A stretch of 64,000 bases of DNA from Tubiluchus corallicola (taxonomy: Eukaryota > Animalia > Priapulida). Below are positions 11,533 to 23,956 of the stretch, one piece after another. The DNA is taken from NCBI GenBank assembly GCA_030141605.1, contig JAQGDQ010000399.1, positions 1-64,000 on the forward strand. The letters are read 5' to 3'. Each line of letters begins with the position of its first letter. Position 1 is the first letter of the stretch. Position numbers and translations under genes: made by a program. The notes under the pieces are model-generated. The model was given only the letters and a program-made list of their open reading frames with translations, was not told the origin of the DNA and did no database searches.

Positions 11533-11915
11533 GAAAGAAAGAGAAAGCGAACATCATAAACTGCTATTTTAATTTTTGCTGTTGAAGTTTGAAATTTTAA
11601 AACAGAAATATCTCGATACAACAGCTGTAACGAATATTTGTTTACAAATAACTAAATTTATAAAAGACAAACAGGTACTAAACCATAGAGGATCTAGACT
11701 TGTACGAAACTCTTGCAGTTTTCTGTACGTCTAGTCGCTCGCTTACTTAATTGCAATGTTTCTTAAAAGCAACACCAGAACTAAAGTTTACGAATTTACA
11801 ATAATTTCACCAATAATTTATTTTTGAACTTTACCATTTGCGTACGAAAAATATCACAATCTGTGCTGAATATATGATGAAAAACGTGTTATACAATAGC
11901 CCAGAGCTCTCTTAC

Positions 11916-12038
11916 CTTTTTCAAAACTGAATTTTGCAGTTTAAGAACGTTGAACTGTCCTGTCCTGTCAAACAACTGGCAAAGTGTTTCTCGGTCATCA
12001 AGACTTTATATAAAGCTATTTCCTCTACTGACCCTATT
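11916..12038 (-). promoter_or_regulatory. Gene A core promoter and 62-nt non-coding exon 1 (11916-11977)
   Basis: AATAGGGTCA (12029-12038), TATATAAA (12005-12012), TTTGCC|AGTTG initiator, donor AAG|GTAAGA; same layout in B and C. Confidence 0.75.
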
Positions 12039-12492
12039 CAAATTCACATGTAATTAATAGTGGTAGCGAGTAACCAACGGGGCGGCGTCTAGTCGAAGTA
12101 CTAATAAGTTCCAAGTCTTACTAAAAAGACCAAAAAGTCTTTCAAGACCAAAAGCAGCCTTCGAGCACCTTTGCAAATTAACCCAAATACTAAGTTATTT
12201 TTCCTGTCGCATCTTCGTTTTGTTTTTAATTTTTCTTAATTAAATTAAATTAAAATATTACGTACAGTACGTTACCACCTATGGCTGGTTATGCCAGCGA
12301 GGTGAGAAGAATTTGTAAGTTGTTATGGTCGTAACATAGAGAGATGACCCAACGCATAACCTAAATTGCAGAGTCATAAATATATCATATCTATCTTGTC
12401 TTTTTAAAGAAATGTTGTTCACGTTCTGTTATAGCCCTAATACATACGTGTGCTGTATAATACTACAAATACTGTATCAAAAATGATAATAA

Positions 12493-13190
12493 GTTTAGTT
12501 TAATTTAGTTTATTGACGATCAACACAATATAACATATAATACAATGTATATAAAAAATCACACTTCACACAAAACATCCCAACACTTGGGTATGATCGT
12601 CATAATTATTGAAACAGCAAAAGAAACAGAAGAGATTAAACGATGAATAGTAATTTCACGTTTACAAAAATAATATAATTATAATAATGTGCTTGTGCTG
12701 TAAATTGAATATGATTTTCTGTGACTAAGATATTATTTTCTTCTTTTAAAACAGTCTGTATTATCATTTGAAATTAAATTTGCCCGTTCACTTTCTTTTC
12801 CATTCATCAGAAATATCAATTTTTCCTGCACCGTAAGAATCATAAAGTTTGGCAAAATTTCATTGACATGAGAGAAAAGAATTTGTCTTAAATCATTATA
12901 ATAGTTACATTCAAGATTTAAATGCTTTTCGTCATCAATTTTTTGATTTTTACAAGAACTGTAGAGTCTGTTGTCAAGGGGGATTTTAGGTTTGGTGTGT
13001 CGGCCCTTTTTCAATAAGGAGGGTTGTGTGAGCTAATACGCAACTTTGTAAAGTTTGCTCTTTTAACGGGATTTTTCATTAGCAATAAGCATCTCTCTTC
13101 TACGAACTTGTTTTTAAACTTGGAATAAGTTCGTAATTTACTCTTTTCATTAATGTCTTTACCAGTTTCTTTGATATGACAGCAGTATTG
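12493..13190 (-). mobile_element. Degenerate 3' fragment of a LINE (ORF2 C-terminal Cys/His knuckle plus tail)
   Basis: KLRTYSKFK...KLRISSH...GRH...DDEKHLNLEC..Y..LR; ends in AATAAA(CTAAA)n. Confidence 0.7.
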
Positions 13191-13339
13191 GATTATTTTA
13201 TAAATCTTATAATATGCTAACTAGGCGCAGTAAAAGCCAGAAACTCAAGCAGCAATCAGACACTACAACTGTTCAGACTGTCCAGGAACATTCCTGTCAC
13301 AAAACGTCTGCCTCAGCCACAATGGCGGCAGTAGTTACT

Positions 13340-13635
13340 AGTGCTGGTGCTAGTGCTCGTGCTGGTGCTAGTGCTCGTGCTGGTGCTGATGCTGGTGCTG
13401 GTGCTGATGCTGTTGCTGGTGCTGATGCTGGTGCTGGTGCTGGTGCTGGTGCTGATGCTGATGCTGGTGCTGGTGCTGGTGCTGATGCTGCTGCGAATAT
13501 AATTTTAACGTGAAAGATATTAGGAAATATGCAGTTTCAGGATTACTATTATTATTATTATTATTATTGTTGTTGTTGTTGTTGTTGTTGTTCTTGTTGT
13601 TGTTGTTCTTGTTGTTGTTGTTCTTGTTCTTGTTC

Positions 13636-13733
<98 letters not shown>

Positions 13734-13735
13734 TA
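13340..13735. repeat. Compound microsatellites (GCTGGT/GCTGAT)n, (TTG)n, (TTA)n
   Basis: Directly visible; source of the low-complexity ORFs. Confidence 0.95.
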
Positions 13736-13901
13736 TCTATTTATTCATTTTATTTCAAACATTTACAGAACAATAATAAAATAAGGCACAAGTAAAAACA
13801 CAGACTTAGTTTACAGAAACATAGTAAGCTTATAAACAAGAAAGGGTTAGTTAAAATGGGTCAATAAAATTCTTTGCCACGCCTTAAAAATGTTTGATCT
13901 T

Positions 13902-14642
13902 AAAATTGTATCGGTATTGTACAGCAAGTTATTAATAACAGTATTCTCACTCAAAAACAGCCTACTTATGAGACTAAACGCAGCTTCCCTACGTATGCAA
14001 GGAAAAACTTGGTACATTGTATCTAAAAATTGTATCATTATTGTACAGCAAGTTGTTAATAACTGTATTCTGACTCAAAAACAGCCTACTTCTGAGACTA
14101 AACGCAGCTTCCCTACGTATGCAAGGAAAAACTTGGTACATTGTATGTAAAAATTGTATCATTATTGTACAGCAAGTTGTTAATAACTGTATTCTGACTC
14201 AAAAACAGCCTACTTCTGAGACTAAACGCAGCTTCCCTACGTATTCAAGGAAAAACTTGGTACATTGTATCTAAAAATTGTATCAGTATTGTACAGCAAG
14301 TTATTAATAACAGTATTCTCACTCAAAAACAGCCTACTTCTGAGACTAAACGCAGCTTCCCTACGTATGCAAGGAAAAACTTGGTACATTGTATCTAAAA
14401 ATTGCATCAGTATTGTACAGCAAGTTATTAATACCAGTATTCTGACTCAAAAAGCAGTCTACTTCTGAGACTAAACACAACGTCCCTACGTATGCATGAA
14501 AAACTTGGTACATTGTATCTAAAAATTGTATCAGTATTGTACAGCAAGTTATTTATAACAGTATTCTGACTCAAAAAACAGCCTACTTCTGAGACTAAAC
14601 ACAGCTTTTCTACGTATACAGGAAAAAACTTGGTACATTGTA
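13902..14642. repeat. 124-bp tandem repeat, about 6 copies, apparently derived from a LINE 3' end
   Basis: AAAATTGTATC recurs at 13902, 14026, 14150, 14274, 14398, 14522. Confidence 0.9.
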
Positions 14643-14987
14643 GCTAACATACATTTGACTTGCTCTACAACGACTAGGAAGATTAAGGAGTCTTTTAATA
14701 ACATTATATAACATTATTATAAGTAATTCGCATTGTTTCAATGTTTCCTTTATCGTGATTAAACCAGAGAGTATTGCTATAAAACTGTCTGGAAAGTACT
14801 ACAAAAAATTAGTAAGCTACATCTCGTTACAGAGAAGTAGAGTTATAATGACACGATAAGTTATGATAGTGACAATTGCAGCTTCGTAGATTCTTACTCA
14901 ATGCCAAAACAAGTTCAGACAGAATGCAACGTGAGCTGAGATTGGGAGATTTCATGTTTTTATAAAAGTTCATTAAATTATAATTAA

Positions 14988-15215
14988 AGGAAAGCTCAAG
15001 CCTTCTGGCAGATTAGGCTTATTTCAGTATTTTCGAAATATGTTAGAAGGATTTAGTAATGAAACTGCAATAAGCGCCACGTTTAATTAGTAAAATCACG
15101 TTAAAGTCGCGATCACTTCATGCTTGGGCGCCCTCATTTTCAATGCCCATTCTTCTTCCAATGACGTCATTCGTCCGAAGAAAAGTAATCAAAGTATCAG
15201 AAGTTTTTGCAAACA
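14988..15215 (+). mobile_element. Truncated copy of the TTAA-flanked MITE family (see 27306-27850)
   Basis: TTAA-AGGAAAGCTCAAG...AAAGTCGCGATCACTTCATGC...CCAATGACGTCA. Confidence 0.8.
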
Positions 15216-15861
15216 AAATAATTACAACAGGAATGAGTTTTTGAAGAAGAAGAAGAAGAAGAAGAAGAAGGGTTGCATGGATATTATAGCCAATTCACTA
15301 TGTTCCTATTGAATCCCTTTGCGTCCTTATTCATGGACGTTGTAGGTCCTTTACCTTTCTTACATACGTTTCTTGCTTATTGTGTACATTTTTGATAAGT
15401 CTGGTGTTCATTTTCATATTTTATTGTCAGGCAAACTTCTGTTGTTACTAGATTAATAATAAACCGTTTAGAAGCCAACGCATTCCTAACTGTAATACAT
15501 TAGTTTAGCCTTCATAGAATCGTAGTTTTGTGCAGATGACACCCTTTTGTTAGGTCTCTGCAATGTAAAATACTAAAGTAACTTACTAATTTATCTCATA
15601 TCACCGTGTAAATGCCGTAAAATCAAGTAAATATTATTGTGATTCAAATTTCTATCAAGTTTTCCTTCTTTTTATACAGACAAGTATACATTCTAGCAAA
15701 TGTTTCAGCATATGTTAATGTCTCAATGTCTGCAATAGGTGGAATGAGACCTTGAAAAAAGAACAAAGGTAATGCAACTTGGAGAGGAGACCTTCCAGTT
15801 CATTGAAACCTGCGTGCACATTCATTTTGAAGCAACTTTCCAGCAATAATGGTTTAGTTAA

Positions 15862-16318
15862 CCCTTTCAGTCCCAAATTATTTTTTTAATAAGGAAAAAA
15901 ATTTTGGCTTGGTACTTTTGTTCAGTATGTCCATCTTGTTTACACATAATAATTTTTTTCTACCTGTGCCCGCGTGCTAAATATAGCCTGTATCCCACGG
16001 GATACATTGGGATTCAATGGAAGCATAAAATGTGCTTCATTTTGCATCTGCTGATTATTTTTTAAAGTATTTAAGACATTTAGTATGCACGCTATGCTGA
16101 TCTGTACAAACTCGTCTCTAAAGTACTGTACCTTGCGCAGTTTTTTTATGCTATGTAGATTTTCTAGTTTGCCATTTTATCACCATTTTAGTCTCTTGTT
16201 ATTGGCTTAAATCAAAATAACTATTAACAGATCAAATAACTGTCAGTTTTAGAATTTTATTAATTTTAAAGGCAGAAAATATTCTCGTATCCCATGGGAT
16301 ACAACGGGTATGAAAGGG
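15862..16318. mobile_element. piggyBac-like MITE
   Basis: TTAA|CCCTTTCA ... TGAAAGGG|TTAA; internal TATCCCAYGGGATA palindromes. Confidence 0.75.
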
Positions 16319-17049
16319 TTAAGCCTGAGTATCAAACTACCCCACATATTTACCGGTTCACTAAGAGCTTGTGTGCTCTCGTTCATTAGCAACTGGTTTG
16401 AATGGCGCGCTACCTTGATAATCATGATCATGAACAGCCGTGTTCGTCTGTGACGTCAGTGTGACGTAAGCCCATTTTCATGACATCACATCAGGGCTTA
16501 CACAAACGTGCTTGACGCGCAGGGAAGTTGCACTAACTGGGTTAATTTGTGACGCAAGCGGTAGCTGTGTTCGGTTGCTGTTAATTCTTCTTAAATAAGA
16601 AACAATTGCTAATTTTCATAGGCAAGAAAATGTATATTTTGGACAACAAATCAAAATGAGGTTGAGTCTAATCAATCGTCTGGTTTTCTTTTAGGTGGTG
16701 CAAGAACTGCATAAGTCATAGTCCAATTGACCACTCAAATAGCAATTACATGTCCAAAAAGACAAATAACACAACAAAAGAGTTTTCTTACATTATTTTA
16801 TTACAAAATGGATTAAATATTTATGGCCTTAATGTTGTCACAATTGCTTGACACAGACAAATCACTTCAGTGTTTATAATGACGTCATTTTAATTTATTT
16901 TCTTTTTAAAATATGTTAATGTTACTGATACCGGACCACCACAGAAAGTCCATATAAACGTTAACAAGTTCAGAAAGGTTACTTAGATGCTCGTCGTTCA
17001 CTTTTGATTTTTTTCTTAGTTTGCTGATGATACTGAATTTATTTTCCAT

Positions 17050-18360
17050 TTAGTCTCCATTTTGCCATAGAGGGTCAACAGGACCAGCACGTGGCCTTGC
17101 AACTGGTACTTGAGATCTTGGTCCAGAGTGGACTGGTAGAGAATCCACTCGTACGTTTTGAAATTGTATAGCTGGTGTTCTCTCATATGCGTAGGCGGCG
17201 CCCCGTTCGGTACCTCCTTCGCCAGAAGCAGTTTGTCTGTACTGTTGGGTGGCATCTTGCGACGCGTGGCGGGAGGCACTAAGTGAAATACCGGCTTCTC
17301 CAGACCCAGACCCCGTTCTCTCACTCTCACTGGATTCTTGTTGTCTAGCGAATCCCGATCTGTACCTGGAACCAATGACAATCTGTTCTCTTGTTCCCTG
17401 ATTGATAGCTTCCCGGGGCGCCTCAGCTGCAGCAACATCACGCCACTGGTTGAAATTAAAAGCTTCAACATCGATGTACAAGTGACCGAACGGATCCACA
17501 CCAAACGCGCTTGTGTCAATGTTGCCAAAGTTGCTGACAAAGTTGCCGTCGAAACGTCCACCGCCAACTACAGAGGTGTCTATTCGAGCTCGCTGTGCAG
17601 GTGGTATTCTTCTAACCGGTGTCAATTCTTGGACAGCAATGACGGGCCTTACGGGACGTTGCAATGTCCTTTCTTCCCTAATGGTTACAACATCTGTTGG
17701 AACGTCTTGAAAAGCTTCCTGTTCCTCTCTGATGACTACGCCATCTCTTAAAGAGTCTTGTCCAGCATTCACGACAAAAGCATCATCAGTGGTAACAGTT
17801 ACTATTGATGGCTGTTGTGCATCTAGTTCTAGGCCTACTAGACGTGCATCATCCCTGGCTGCAAATCCACGACCTCTTAGCCTTGCATCATCAGTGGTAA
17901 CACTTACTATTGATGGCTGTTGTGCATCTAGTTCTAGGCCTACTAGACGTGCATCATCCCTGGCTGCAAATCCACGACCTCTTAGCCTTGCATCATCAGT
18001 GGTAACACTTACTATTGATGGCTGTTGTGCATCTAGTTCTAGGCCTACTAGACGTGCATCATCCCTGGCTGCAAATCCACGACCTCTTAGCCTTGCATCA
18101 TCAGTGGTAACACTTACTATTGATGGCTGTTGTGCACCGAGTTCTAGGCCTACTAGACGTGCATCATCGCTGGCTGCAAATCCACGACCTCTTAGCCTTG
18201 CATCATCAGTGTCTGCTACATCGAGACCCTCAGATCTTCGGAATGTGGTGACTATACGGGGTTGATCTCCGTACGGGTTGAATCCCGATTGTCGACGAAG
18301 AATTTGGCAAAATGCAGACAATATGCACGTCAGCAAAATGGCCGCTTGTAAATTATTCAT
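17050..18360 (-). CDS. Secreted protein paralog B (436 aa): signal peptide, 4 x 35-aa repeat, shared core domain
   Basis: Acceptor TTTGTCAG|A-ATG gives MNNLQAAILLTCILSAFC|Q; the upstream 33 codons of the listed ORF are intronic; 105-bp tandem repeats at ~17780-18211; C-terminal DPLWQ; AATAAA at 16797-16802. Confidence 0.9.
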   Translation of the reverse strand: MNNLQAAILLTCILSAFCQILRRQSGFNPYGDQPRIVTTFRRSEGLDVADTDDARLRGRGFAASDDARLVGLELGAQQPSIVSVTTDDARLRGRGFAARDDARLVGLELDAQQPSIVSVTTDDARLRGRGFAARDDARLVGLELDAQQPSIVSVTTDDARLRGRGFAARDDARLVGLELDAQQPSIVTVTTDDAFVVNAGQDSLRDGVVIREEQEAFQDVPTDVVTIREERTLQRPVRPVIAVQELTPVRRIPPAQRARIDTSVVGGGRFDGNFVSNFGNIDTSAFGVDPFGHLYIDVEAFNFNQWRDVAAAEAPREAINQGTREQIVIGSRYRSGFARQQESSESERTGSGSGEAGISLSASRHASQDATQQYRQTASGEGGTERGAAYAYERTPAIQFQNVRVDSLPVHSGPRSQVPVARPRAGPVDPLWQNGD

Positions 18361-19232
18361 TCTGACAAAGAAAAATTTCGTTAGAAACATCGTTTTTTTC
18401 TCGTGGTGAGTTGAATTAAATTTGTTTTGAGTTACTTCACAACAAGATAATATGCCCATACAGCCCTACTCAGTGTATAAGTTGAGTTGTAAAATTATAA
18501 AATCATTATAATATTTTAATTTTTTTATATTTCTTTGCAAAACACGATATCATTACCGGTGTTGTAAACCAGAGCATGTTGTGGCTTCCAACATTTTTGT
18601 AATTTTTGCACAGACTGCACTTTTAATGCAGTTTGCCACACTCAGAACTGTACTTGAGTAATTAATGTCAAAGCCTTTCACAATTGTTGAGTAGTTTTGA
18701 AAGGACCTAGGTTATTCTTCTAAGGTGAAACATAAAACTGACAGAAGCATAATAATCAAGTACGGATGTGTCGGAAAAAACTGACCCTAAAGCAAATTTC
18801 TCGACAGTCACTGATCCATTTACTAACAGACTACTGGTAGTTTAAGTATCGTGAAGCTGCAGACGTACGGTAATCACTTAGCCACTTTTTTATTTAAGAA
18901 CATTTATAAAAATACGTAAAATGAAGTACTTATGTTGGCCATAATATACAATATACAATCACTTACAATGTATCTGCAATCACAGTTACAAATCAAATGA
19001 TTGTCAGTAAAAATTTCATTCTTAAATGCAAAAACTTGAAGGAGAGAGGCTATGGTAAAGTTAACATAGCTTACACACAAAACAATTAAAATCCCCATAG
19101 CTTAAGAAGTTACAATTTGCTAGTCTGGTGCTGAAACTGGCATGTTTGACACATTATCAAGATCATTTCAGATAGGTGCTTCTCTATTTTCGAAGCAATA
19201 TTCGTTTACACCTAATCTAGAATAATATTTCA

Positions 19233-19792
19233 AGGAAAGGTCAAGCTTTCTAGGGTGACAGGCTTATTTCAATGTTCGCGAATCAGAATGTTAGAAAAGT
19301 TTAGTAACACAACTGCAGCAAGCGCCTCGTGTAATTAGTAAAATCACTTTAAAGTCGCGATCACTTCATGCTTGGGCGCTACCATTTTCAATGCCCAATT
19401 TTCCACCAATGACGTCACTCGTCTTGAAGAAAAATAGCACACTGTCTATCGTTATGAAAAGTATAACAAGTTTTTGCAAAAACTTAGATAGCTAATTTTA
19501 TAATATTTTTGCGTGAACATTAGGTAAGCTGTAGAAGTTTAAATTAGTTTAAGCAGCGCTCTCTTACGGAAAGCCACGTCGCACTTATGAACAGTTACGA
19601 TCTCTCCCAATTACGTCATGATTTTCAAGTGAATAGCGGCAACCATCATGTCTGAAAATTTCTATTCAGAGGTAGTATATTTTAAATTTATGCTTTATAG
19701 ACAGTTTTTTGCAAATTTCTTTGTTACATTTTTCTAAGTTTAAATGATACCAGTAAAATAAACCTAACATAATGAGTAAGTTGTTCTTTCTT
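19233..19792 (+). mobile_element. MITE copy (same family as 27306-27850) in intron 1 of gene B
   Basis: Colinear with 27306-27850 from AGGAAAGGTCAAG to TTGTTCTTTC. Confidence 0.8.
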
Positions 19793-19849
19793 TTACACAA
19801 ACAGTTCTTACAGCAACACATTTGCATATGGTAAACATATATCACCTAC

Positions 19850-19972
19850 CTGAGCGAATAGAACGTGTGGTCTTAAGAACACTGAATTGTTCTGTCGTGT
19901 CACAACAACTGGCAAACTCATGTCATGACAACATCTCTTTTATACTTCTCTCTTCTAGACATTGACCTTATT
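19850..19972 (-). promoter_or_regulatory. Gene B core promoter and 61-nt non-coding exon 1 (19850-19910)
   Basis: AATAAGGTCA (19963-19972), TATAAAA (19938-19944), TTTGCC|AGTTG, donor CAG|GTAGGT. Confidence 0.75.
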
Positions 19973-20743
19973 ATGTATTTGACCAGTTTTTATTTGTTGC
20001 ATACAAGACGGCATTAATGGGACCATTTCGTCAAAACAAAATGATATAAGGCGTTCTGGGCCTTGCGGGCTTGGAGACAAAGATATTAGTTTGAAATTCA
20101 TAACATTCTGTTTGACATAACGAATGAAGCATCGAGGGGGTTAATCAGGACAATGCAAACTTGATATCGGACGTCAGTGAAACGGATCTTGCAAGTTTTC
20201 TGCCTAAAAAGGGACAAAAACTATATAAAAAACTCTGAAATTTATTTTTGCCCATTACTAGTGGCAGTGACGCGTTGAAATCAATCAAATTACCCATGAT
20301 TAATTACAGGGAAGAATCGAAGTTTTCGTGACATATAGCTTAGCAACGATGACCATACACCAACTTGCTTGCGGCGCTGTCTACAATAAACATAAATTAT
20401 TTATAGGTGTCTACATAAATTTTTGCTGTCCTATTTTCAAATTAACTTACACGACTGTGCAGTTTGTTGTAAATTCATTAATGTGGTTTTTACTTTGTAC
20501 CACGTGATACGTTATATCGTTATGTGGTTCCCATTAAGTCAGCAATGTCCATAAATTTGAGTTTTGTCATTTTGCTTAGTTGAGTTATGATTCAAAAAGC
20601 GGGTTTCCTCAACTGACCGTCTTGAATAAAGGAAGAATGCCGCATGCAAAACATCAAGCTCGATTTTGTTTAAATTTTGGATTTCTGAGCAAACCTACGG
20701 ATGTCTGAATGAAACTGGATTTTAAAGAATTGGAGCCTACTAA

Positions 20744-20897
<154 letters not shown>

Positions 20898-21009
20898 ATC
20901 TTTATTTAAAGTCGGCTTTTGGATGAGCAATCAACATTAGCTCAAAAAGCTATGATCGCCGACTGTAGATAACAAGCTACAGCTAGATAACAGAGAATAT
21001 TATTACCCC

Positions 21010-21135
21010 TTTTACCCTAAATAGCACGCGCCAGGCTGGGCAACCAGCAGGTACCATTTTTAATGTCTTTGGTATGACTCGGCCGCAGCATCGAACTCAC
21101 GACCTCCTAGACGAAAAGCGGACGCGTTACAACCT
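21010..21135 (-). mobile_element. tRNA-derived SINE fragment
   Basis: Minus strand has a B-box-like GAGTTCGAT followed by GTCATACCAAAGACATTAAAAATGGTACC, resembling the central domain of widespread metazoan SINEs (Meta-type, from memory). Confidence 0.6.
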
Positions 21136-21632
21136 CAATATTTATGTTTATGCACTTGTAATGCCTTTTGTGTAATCAATGCCATAGTATGTCAAACAAG
21201 AATTCGTATTCTAAACATACAGCTCAATTATCATCAGCCCACCACCACCACAACATCATCGGCTCATAAAACAGACACGTACTCCTGAAATTTTCTTATG
21301 CCATAACTACAGTCTATTTCTTTATCGAATACAATAATACTTATTAGTAAATTTTAGATACGATACACGATAATACAATAATTATTGGCCTTTTGCGTTG
21401 TCACAATCGCTTAACACTTTACAGAAACCCTCATTTTGTTTAGAAAGTTGTTTTATGTTCCAATTCTGAAACAAAATACAATTTTTATACAATTCTGTAT
21501 AAATTTTAGATCATCGTGATACTAGCAGAACTAATAGTTGCTGTGCTTTGTGCATTGGAAGCTAAGACTGTACGGTTTTATGGTTGTGAACTTTGAAAGC
21601 CAGTCTGTTTGAACACCAGGTGTAGTTGGTTT

Positions 21633-23135
21633 TTAATCTTGCCACAAGGGGTCGTTACCAAGAACTGGAGTAGATACCCTACGGCTTCGACTTTGCGTTC
21701 GTCTTTGAGCAGTTGCTGGCAGCTGACTTCGGGGACCAGAATGTACCGGTAAAGTATCCAGTTGAACAGCTTGGAACTGCAAGTTTGGTGTTCTTTGATA
21801 CCCATAGGCGGCGCCCTGTTCAGTGTTGCCTTCTCCACTAGCTGTCTGAGTGTACTGTTGGGTGGCATCTTGACTAGCCTGGCGGGAGGCACTGAGTTCA
21901 ATACCTGCTTCTCCAGAACCAGATCCGGATTTCTCCGACGAGCTGGACTCTTGCTGTCTGGCGTATCCAGAACGATACCTAGACCCAATCACAATCTGTT
22001 CTTGTTGGGCACCAGTCAGAGCTTCACTGGGAGCTTCATTAGCAGCATCGTTGCGCCATCCATTGAAGTCAAAGGCTTCAACGTTGATGTATCGATTACC
22101 AAAGTTATCAAATCCAAAAGCACCTGCGTCGATATTTCCAAAGTTGTTGACGTCGATTTCGCCTCGTCCAAATCCAGGAAGTCCAGCAGATGCAAAGGAT
22201 GAAGATGACCTTGCAGACGACCTGCTGCGCTGAAAATTCGCGGATTGCCCTGATGACGGAACCGCCTGGCGACGAGTGCTGGTACTAAGCCGGATGTTAC
22301 TAGCACGTGGTGCAGCGCCTATGCTTGTAGAAGAACTTCTGGAAAAGGAAGACGATACTTGATTTCCTGTAGAACCTCTACCAGTAAGATCTACTACGCG
22401 ATTTGTGCCTCTGAATTGCACGTTGTCACCTCCAGAAACGGCACCGCTTGTTACTGAAGCCTGGCCGAGTTGCTGAGCTCCCAAGGAAGCCAAGTTACCG
22501 CCTCCAAGCTGTTGTGAAGTCGTTCTTGTCTCCGAGAACCGGGTCACTTTATTAGTGCTTCCTCCTGTAGCTTGTCCATGCTGTCCACCAAAGGCAACAC
22601 CTTGTCCACCGGCAGAAGCCTGGCCGATTTGCTGAGCTCCCAGGGAAGCCAAGTTACCGCCTCCAAGCTGTTGTGAAGTCGTTCTTGTCTCCGAGAACCG
22701 GGTAACTTTATTAGTGCTTCCTCCTGTAGCTTGTCCATGCTGTCCACCAAAGGCAACACCTTGTCCTCCGGCAGAGAATTGACCGCCTTGAATTTTAGCG
22801 GATACTTTGTTGACTCCAGCTCCACCAGCTTGTGCACGAAGTCCCTCGGAGTAGCCATCCTTGTAACCTTCGTGGTATCGATCACCACCAGCTGCTCCGC
22901 TGCCGAACTGTGCACTAAACTGAACTCCTTGTTGCTTGGTGCTGGCACCAAACTGAGCTCCCTGTTGCTTGGTGTTTGCACCAAACTGAGCTGCTTGCTG
23001 CTGGCCACCATGTTGACGGGCACTTGACCCAACCGACTGTCCAGCATAACCGCCTCCCTGACAATTTCCATCCGGGCATTGTGTGAGCGCCCCAACTGCA
23101 CACAAAAGTAGAATACCGACGCGGAATGAAACCAT
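21633..23135 (-). CDS. Secreted protein paralog C (500 aa): signal peptide, G/Q/S-rich region with 2 x 53-aa repeat, shared core domain
   Basis: Acceptor TTTCAG|GTTAAA-ATG gives MVSFRVGILLLCAVGALT|Q; 159-bp duplication at 22456-22776; C-terminal DPLWQD. Confidence 0.9.
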   Translation of the reverse strand: MVSFRVGILLLCAVGALTQCPDGNCQGGGYAGQSVGSSARQHGGQQQAAQFGANTKQQGAQFGASTKQQGVQFSAQFGSGAAGGDRYHEGYKDGYSEGLRAQAGGAGVNKVSAKIQGGQFSAGGQGVAFGGQHGQATGGSTNKVTRFSETRTTSQQLGGGNLASLGAQQIGQASAGGQGVAFGGQHGQATGGSTNKVTRFSETRTTSQQLGGGNLASLGAQQLGQASVTSGAVSGGDNVQFRGTNRVVDLTGRGSTGNQVSSSFSRSSSTSIGAAPRASNIRLSTSTRRQAVPSSGQSANFQRSRSSARSSSSFASAGLPGFGRGEIDVNNFGNIDAGAFGFDNFGNRYINVEAFDFNGWRNDAANEAPSEALTGAQQEQIVIGSRYRSGYARQQESSSSEKSGSGSGEAGIELSASRQASQDATQQYTQTASGEGNTEQGAAYGYQRTPNLQFQAVQLDTLPVHSGPRSQLPATAQRRTQSRSRRVSTPVLGNDPLWQD

Positions 23136-23956
23136 TTTAACCTGAAACATAATATGAATAGATCGTTAAATGTACTTTTAGCTTATTTTTAGAATAATAA
23201 GTATTGCAATACGGCTTCCACAGACAATTTTTAACAACTGATAACTGATGAATGTTCTCGCCAGTGAAACGTAGAGTGCAGACAATAGACAAACAGTAGA
23301 AGCATTACAGTATAACTACCAGCATAGATACATACATAGCATAGTGTTGAGAATAGCATCAATATTAATAGAGTATTAGTTTTACGTAATTATGATGTAA
23401 AATACAGAAGCCCAGGTTCATTTTGGATAAACTAGTAAGTGTTATTCAAAGTATTTAGTTTAAGCATTAAGAAATATTGCAATATTGCTTGAACAGACAG
23501 TTTTTTACAATTGATAAATGTTTTCACCAATGAAACGTAACACTCAGTAGAGTGCAGACAATAGACAAACAGTAGAAGCATTATAGTATGACTACTAGAA
23601 GTATAGATACATACATACATAATGCCGAGAAAGACGTTTCTATTACACTATGTGATCAATATAAACTAGTACAAAGGTTAGAAGTGCTGAATAAGAAATA
23701 TAAATTTCTATAAATTTATTATTTAATTCAAGTCTGATTAGAACGTTATTCCAGTTTGCCAGTAAACAGTGTTAAGGATGTTATGGCCTGTGTTGTCATC
23801 GAAAAGTTTGTTGATTTAATGCATTGCAGAATATGAAGGCAAAAGTTGGTCGTGTTGCTATTATGAGTAAAAAAACGAAAATTTCACGAAATATAAAATA
23901 AACTTCTAGTTTTGAAAGGTAAATAATATCTTAAGGCATAATAAGTCTATATTAGA

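Noticed and set aside
9741-11977. 5'/3' inverted arms read as transposon TIRs around a captured gene
   Set aside because: No TSD seen, arms begin at the predicted TSS with the promoter outside, arms are paralog-specific, and mismatches are biased to G-U; an RNA structure fits better, though a TIR origin is not formally excluded.
13214-13795. Ala/Gly-, Leu-, Cys/Tyr-rich ORFs
   Set aside because: Translations of microsatellites.
18361-18459. N-terminal 33-aa extension of the paralog B ORF (and MFQVK in C)
   Set aside because: Lies upstream of or across the splice acceptor; the true ATG gives an 18-aa signal peptide matching the other paralogs.
23244-23275. Hammerhead ribozyme-like CTGATGA...GAAAC
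   Set aside because: No convincing stem II, and the nearby duplicate (~23510-23540) lacks the core.
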